A stretch of 47,139 nucleotides of DNA, taken from the NCBI GenBank assembly GCA_964487655.1, contig CAZASB010000002.1:1-47139 (forward strand), written 5' to 3'. Positions 44,809-47,139 of this stretch are shown here, piece after piece. The notes under the pieces were generated by a model. It had not been told where the DNA came from. It ran no database searches and saw only the letters and a program-made list of their open reading frames with translations. Origin of the DNA: an uncultured Planctomycetaceae bacterium (GTDB lineage: Bacteria; Planctomycetota; Planctomycetia; Pirellulales; Thermoguttaceae). The translations under genes and the position numbers were made by a program. Position 1 is the stretch's first letter, and every line of letters starts with the position of its first letter.

Positions 44809-45750
44809 TTAGACCTCGAGGAACTCGTCGATTGCTTCACGCATGACGGCGCGGTCGGGGTCCACGCCGGTCCATAGCGCGATGGCCTCGGCCACCTGCT
44901 CGACATACATTCCCAATCCTTCGATAACGGGGCATCCATGCTCGGCCGCCTCGCGCAGGAACCGAGTGTCGGGCGGGTCGGCCGTCATGTCGGCCACGAG
45001 CGTCTGCTGGCCGAGTAATTCGATGCGAACGGGCACGCGGGCGTTGGGGTCTTCGCGGCCTTGGGTTGTGGCGTGGACCACGAGATCGATTTCCGGCGAG
45101 AGTTCCAGTTCACCCTCCCAGGGCAGGGCCACCGCACCGAGTTCAAATTGCGTTTTCAGCGACTCGACCAGCGAATTGGCCTGCTCGACATTCTGACCGC
45201 ACACGTTGATTTCCGCCGGTCGCAGCCGGGCCAACTCGTACGCGACTGCCCGCGCGGCCCGGCCGGTTCCCAGAATGGCGATACGGCGTTCGGCCGGGTC
45301 CAGCACGTCGCGTAGCGAGGCTAGGAGGCCGCGTCCCTCGAAGTTCTCGCCCACCAGGGCATCGCCTTCGCGGTAAACCACGTTCAACGCGCCGACGAAC
45401 TGCGCCGCTTCGCCACAACGATCCAGTAACGGCAGAACGGCCTCCTTGTGGGGATAGGAGACGTGCGCGCCGACGAAGCCCATCGCCCGCACCCCCCGAA
45501 TAGCATCGGTCAGCCCCTCCGGCTTCACCTCGACAGTGTGGTAAACCCAATCGATATCGTGGTGTGCGAAGGCCCGCTCGACCATAAACTCGGTCGGGTT
45601 TCCGCCAGGACGATCGGAAAGAAGGACGAGGATAGGCTGGACAGACTGGCTGGTCACGGGGAGGATTCCGAAATCGGTTTTGGGGTAGGAGGTGATCGAC
45701 TGCCAAGCACGTATTCTAGCGCTATCGGCCAAAAAACGCAACGCGATCAC
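44809..45750 (-). CDS. Shikimate dehydrogenase family protein (divergent)
   Basis: AMGFVGAHVSYPHKEAV (catalytic Lys context), ALNVV, the Rossmann segment RIAILGTGRAARAV, and a C-terminal GLGMYVEQVAEAIALWTG. The GTG start at 45750 is uncertain. Confidence 0.6.
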   Translation of the reverse strand: MIALRFLADSARIRAWQSITSYPKTDFGILPVTSQSVQPILVLLSDRPGGNPTEFMVERAFAHHDIDWVYHTVEVKPEGLTDAIRGVRAMGFVGAHVSYPHKEAVLPLLDRCGEAAQFVGALNVVYREGDALVGENFEGRGLLASLRDVLDPAERRIAILGTGRAARAVAYELARLRPAEINVCGQNVEQANSLVESLKTQFELGAVALPWEGELELSPEIDLVVHATTQGREDPNARVPVRIELLGQQTLVADMTADPPDTRFLREAAEHGCPVIEGLGMYVEQVAEAIALWTGVDPDRAVMREAIDEFLEV

Positions 45751-45861
45751 TTGCCGAACAGCTCAGTGAAGTACGCTCCCACCTGCCCCATCCCAACGCG
45801 AGTGTGATTACCTAGCATGTTGGCGTGGTGCCCCGGGCTGTGGAACCGGCCCAGATTTTCC

Positions 45862-45945
45862 ATCGAGTTGGGGTCTCTTGTATGACCTTCCCGGTTGCCA
45901 TAGATCGAGTTGGGGTCTCTTGTATGACCTTCCCGGTAGCCATAG
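45862..45945 (+). repeat. Perfectly adjacent tandem duplication, 2 x 42 bp
   Basis: ATCGAGTTGGGGTCTCTTGTATGACCTTCCCGGTTGCCATAG (45862-45903) is repeated at 45904-45945 with one mismatch (T/A). It is intergenic, 66 nt upstream of the ATG at 46011. Confidence 0.9.
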
Positions 45946-46010
45946 AATGGGCAATCTGAAGGATTATCCCACTTTCACTGAAGAGCCGCACCCCATTCGA
46001 AGGGCAATTC

Positions 46011-46988
46011 ATGCCGCGTAAGTATATTCGCGATTTGGGTCAACAGGACGTCGTCGACGAGGTTTTCGTCGCCTCGGGCAAGCAGTTGCGGCCAAACCGG
46101 AATGGGAACCTGTATTTGCAAGTGGAGCTGTCCGACCGGACTGGCTCGATCGGCACGCGGCTGTGGAACGCCGACGACACGATTTACCAATCGTTCAACG
46201 ACGGCGACTACGTGCGAGTGCAAGGGAATACTCAGTTGTTCCAGGGCGCGGTGCAGATGATTGCGAAGCGAATCGAACGGGTTGAACCTGAACAGGTCGA
46301 TCCGGCCGAGTTCGAGCCCGAGGCGGCCGTCGATGTGAACCGGCTGTTGGCCCGCATGAAGGAACTCGTCCGCGGCATTCGCGACCCACACCTGAAGACT
46401 CTGGCCGAGTGCTTCCTGCTGGACGACGAGTTTCTCGCGAAGTTCACCCTGGCCCCGGCCGGCACGAAGCATCATCATTCGTACCATGGCGGGTTGCTGG
46501 AGCATACGATCGGCGTGATGGAAGCGGCAGACCGCATCGCGCCGAACTACCCGCGAATCGATCGCGACCTCCTCCTGGTCGGCGCCATGCTGCACGATAT
46601 CGGGAAGACGCGCGAGCTGGGCTTCCAGACCGGCCTGGAGTATACGGACGAAGGCCAACTCCTCGGCCACGTGGTCATGGCCGTCGAGATGCTCAACGGG
46701 AAGGTGGCCGAGGCCGAGCGACTGGGCGGCGAGCCCATTCCGGCCGAGACCGTACTGAAGCTCAAGCACATGCTACTGAGCCATCACGGCGAGTACGAGT
46801 TCGGCAGCCCCAAGACGCCCATGACCCTCGAAGCACTCGCTCTGCACTGCCTCGACCTGCTGGATGCGAAGCTGAACGCCTTCGACCTGATCATGCAAGC
46901 GGATCCGAATACTGACAGCCCGTGGACCACCTACCAGCCCAATTTAGGGCGTAAGCTTTACAAGGGGATCAGCCCGGCCCGCCCGTAA
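46011..46988 (+). CDS. OB-fold plus HD-domain 3'-5' exoribonuclease, YhaM family
   Basis: N-terminal OB fold (RPNRNGNLYLQVELSDRTGSIGTRLWN...GDYVRVQG) and HD domain (HHSYHGGLLEHTIGV, GAMLHDIGK, SHHGEYEFGSPKTP). Confidence 0.8.
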   Translation: MPRKYIRDLGQQDVVDEVFVASGKQLRPNRNGNLYLQVELSDRTGSIGTRLWNADDTIYQSFNDGDYVRVQGNTQLFQGAVQMIAKRIERVEPEQVDPAEFEPEAAVDVNRLLARMKELVRGIRDPHLKTLAECFLLDDEFLAKFTLAPAGTKHHHSYHGGLLEHTIGVMEAADRIAPNYPRIDRDLLLVGAMLHDIGKTRELGFQTGLEYTDEGQLLGHVVMAVEMLNGKVAEAERLGGEPIPAETVLKLKHMLLSHHGEYEFGSPKTPMTLEALALHCLDLLDAKLNAFDLIMQADPNTDSPWTTYQPNLGRKLYKGISPARP

Positions 46989-47028
46989 CAAGGGGCTCAC
47001 TGCCCAGAAGAGGGCCATTTTCGGTAGG

Positions 47029-47088
47029 GAATACGAGTTCAGCAGCCCCAAGACGCCCATGACCCTCGAAGCACTCACCCTGCACTGC
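47029..47088 (+). repeat. 60-bp copy of an internal segment of the YhaM-like gene (46791-46850), located downstream of its stop
   Basis: GAATACGAGTTCAGCAGCCCCAAGACGCCCATGACCCTCGAAGCACTCACCCTGCACTGC against 46791-46850 gives 56/60 identical. All four differences are transitions, and the similarity boundaries are sharp. Confidence 0.85.
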
Positions 47089-47139
47089 TAGCCCGGATTA
47101 TTCATCTACGTAGGGTGGGTCGAGGTCGCGTAGATCGTT

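Noticed and set aside
45862-45945. CRISPR array
   Set aside because: There are only two directly adjacent units, with no spacers and no cas genes.
46791-47088. Diversity-generating retroelement (template/variable repeat pair) explanation for the 60-bp duplicate
   Set aside because: The repeat is short. One of the four differences is C/T rather than adenine-specific, and all four are simple transitions. The target is an HD-domain nuclease rather than a ligand-binding fold. No reverse transcriptase is visible in the window. It cannot be fully excluded because the window ends at 47139.
1-47139. tRNA, rRNA, tmRNA, RNase P or riboswitch genes in the intergenic regions
   Set aside because: I scanned spacers longer than 100 nt by eye and saw no T-loop (GGTTCGAATCC-like) or other recognisable RNA signatures. 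A covariance-model scan (tRNAscan-SE, Infernal/Rfam) would be needed to be certain.

Overview
GC-rich (about 60% by eye) chromosomal segment that looks like a Planctomycetota (Pirellulales-like) genome. The indicators are a BBP7-type outer-membrane barrel, secreted beta-helix proteins, sulfatases, a DUF1080 protein, a PQQ-like propeller and three Hanks-type Ser/Thr kinases. I call about 38 protein-coding genes and 2 pseudogenes. Housekeeping genes: a gatC-gatA-gatB operon with ATGA overlaps, rpmB, ruvB, accD, rpe, floA, an ABC-F ATPase and a YhaM-like exoribonuclease. Accessory genes: a parDE toxin-antitoxin pair, a cpaF-tadB-tadC pilus core and a degenerate GGDEF protein. I found no rRNA, tRNA or CRISPR array. 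The main second-look items: (1) a roughly 75-bp MITE-like element in three copies, with 12-bp terminal inverted repeats and copy-specific 8-bp flanking duplications (IS66-like signature). (2) An Flp/Tad-type prepilin-like gene with a roughly 150-aa Gly/Asn/Ser/Asp low-complexity tail encoded partly by a 13 x 12-nt tandem repeat, about 20 kb from an orphan Tad core that has no pilin, secretin or peptidase. (3) A decay islet at about 20.75-23.5 kb: a sulfatase with a large in-frame internal deletion, a possible second sulfatase relic, parDE, and a bioA with two compensating frameshifts plus an in-frame TGA. (4) Several catalytically degenerate signalling proteins: SGECF instead of GGDEF, a kinase with an HRDVCPRN loop, and a histidine phosphatase lacking both catalytic His. 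(5) Small unexplained repeats: a 42-bp tandem duplication upstream of the YhaM-like gene, a 60-bp copy of an internal YhaM segment downstream of its stop, and a 3 x 10-mer upstream of cpaF. All functions are inferred from motifs I recognise in the translations. No database search was run.
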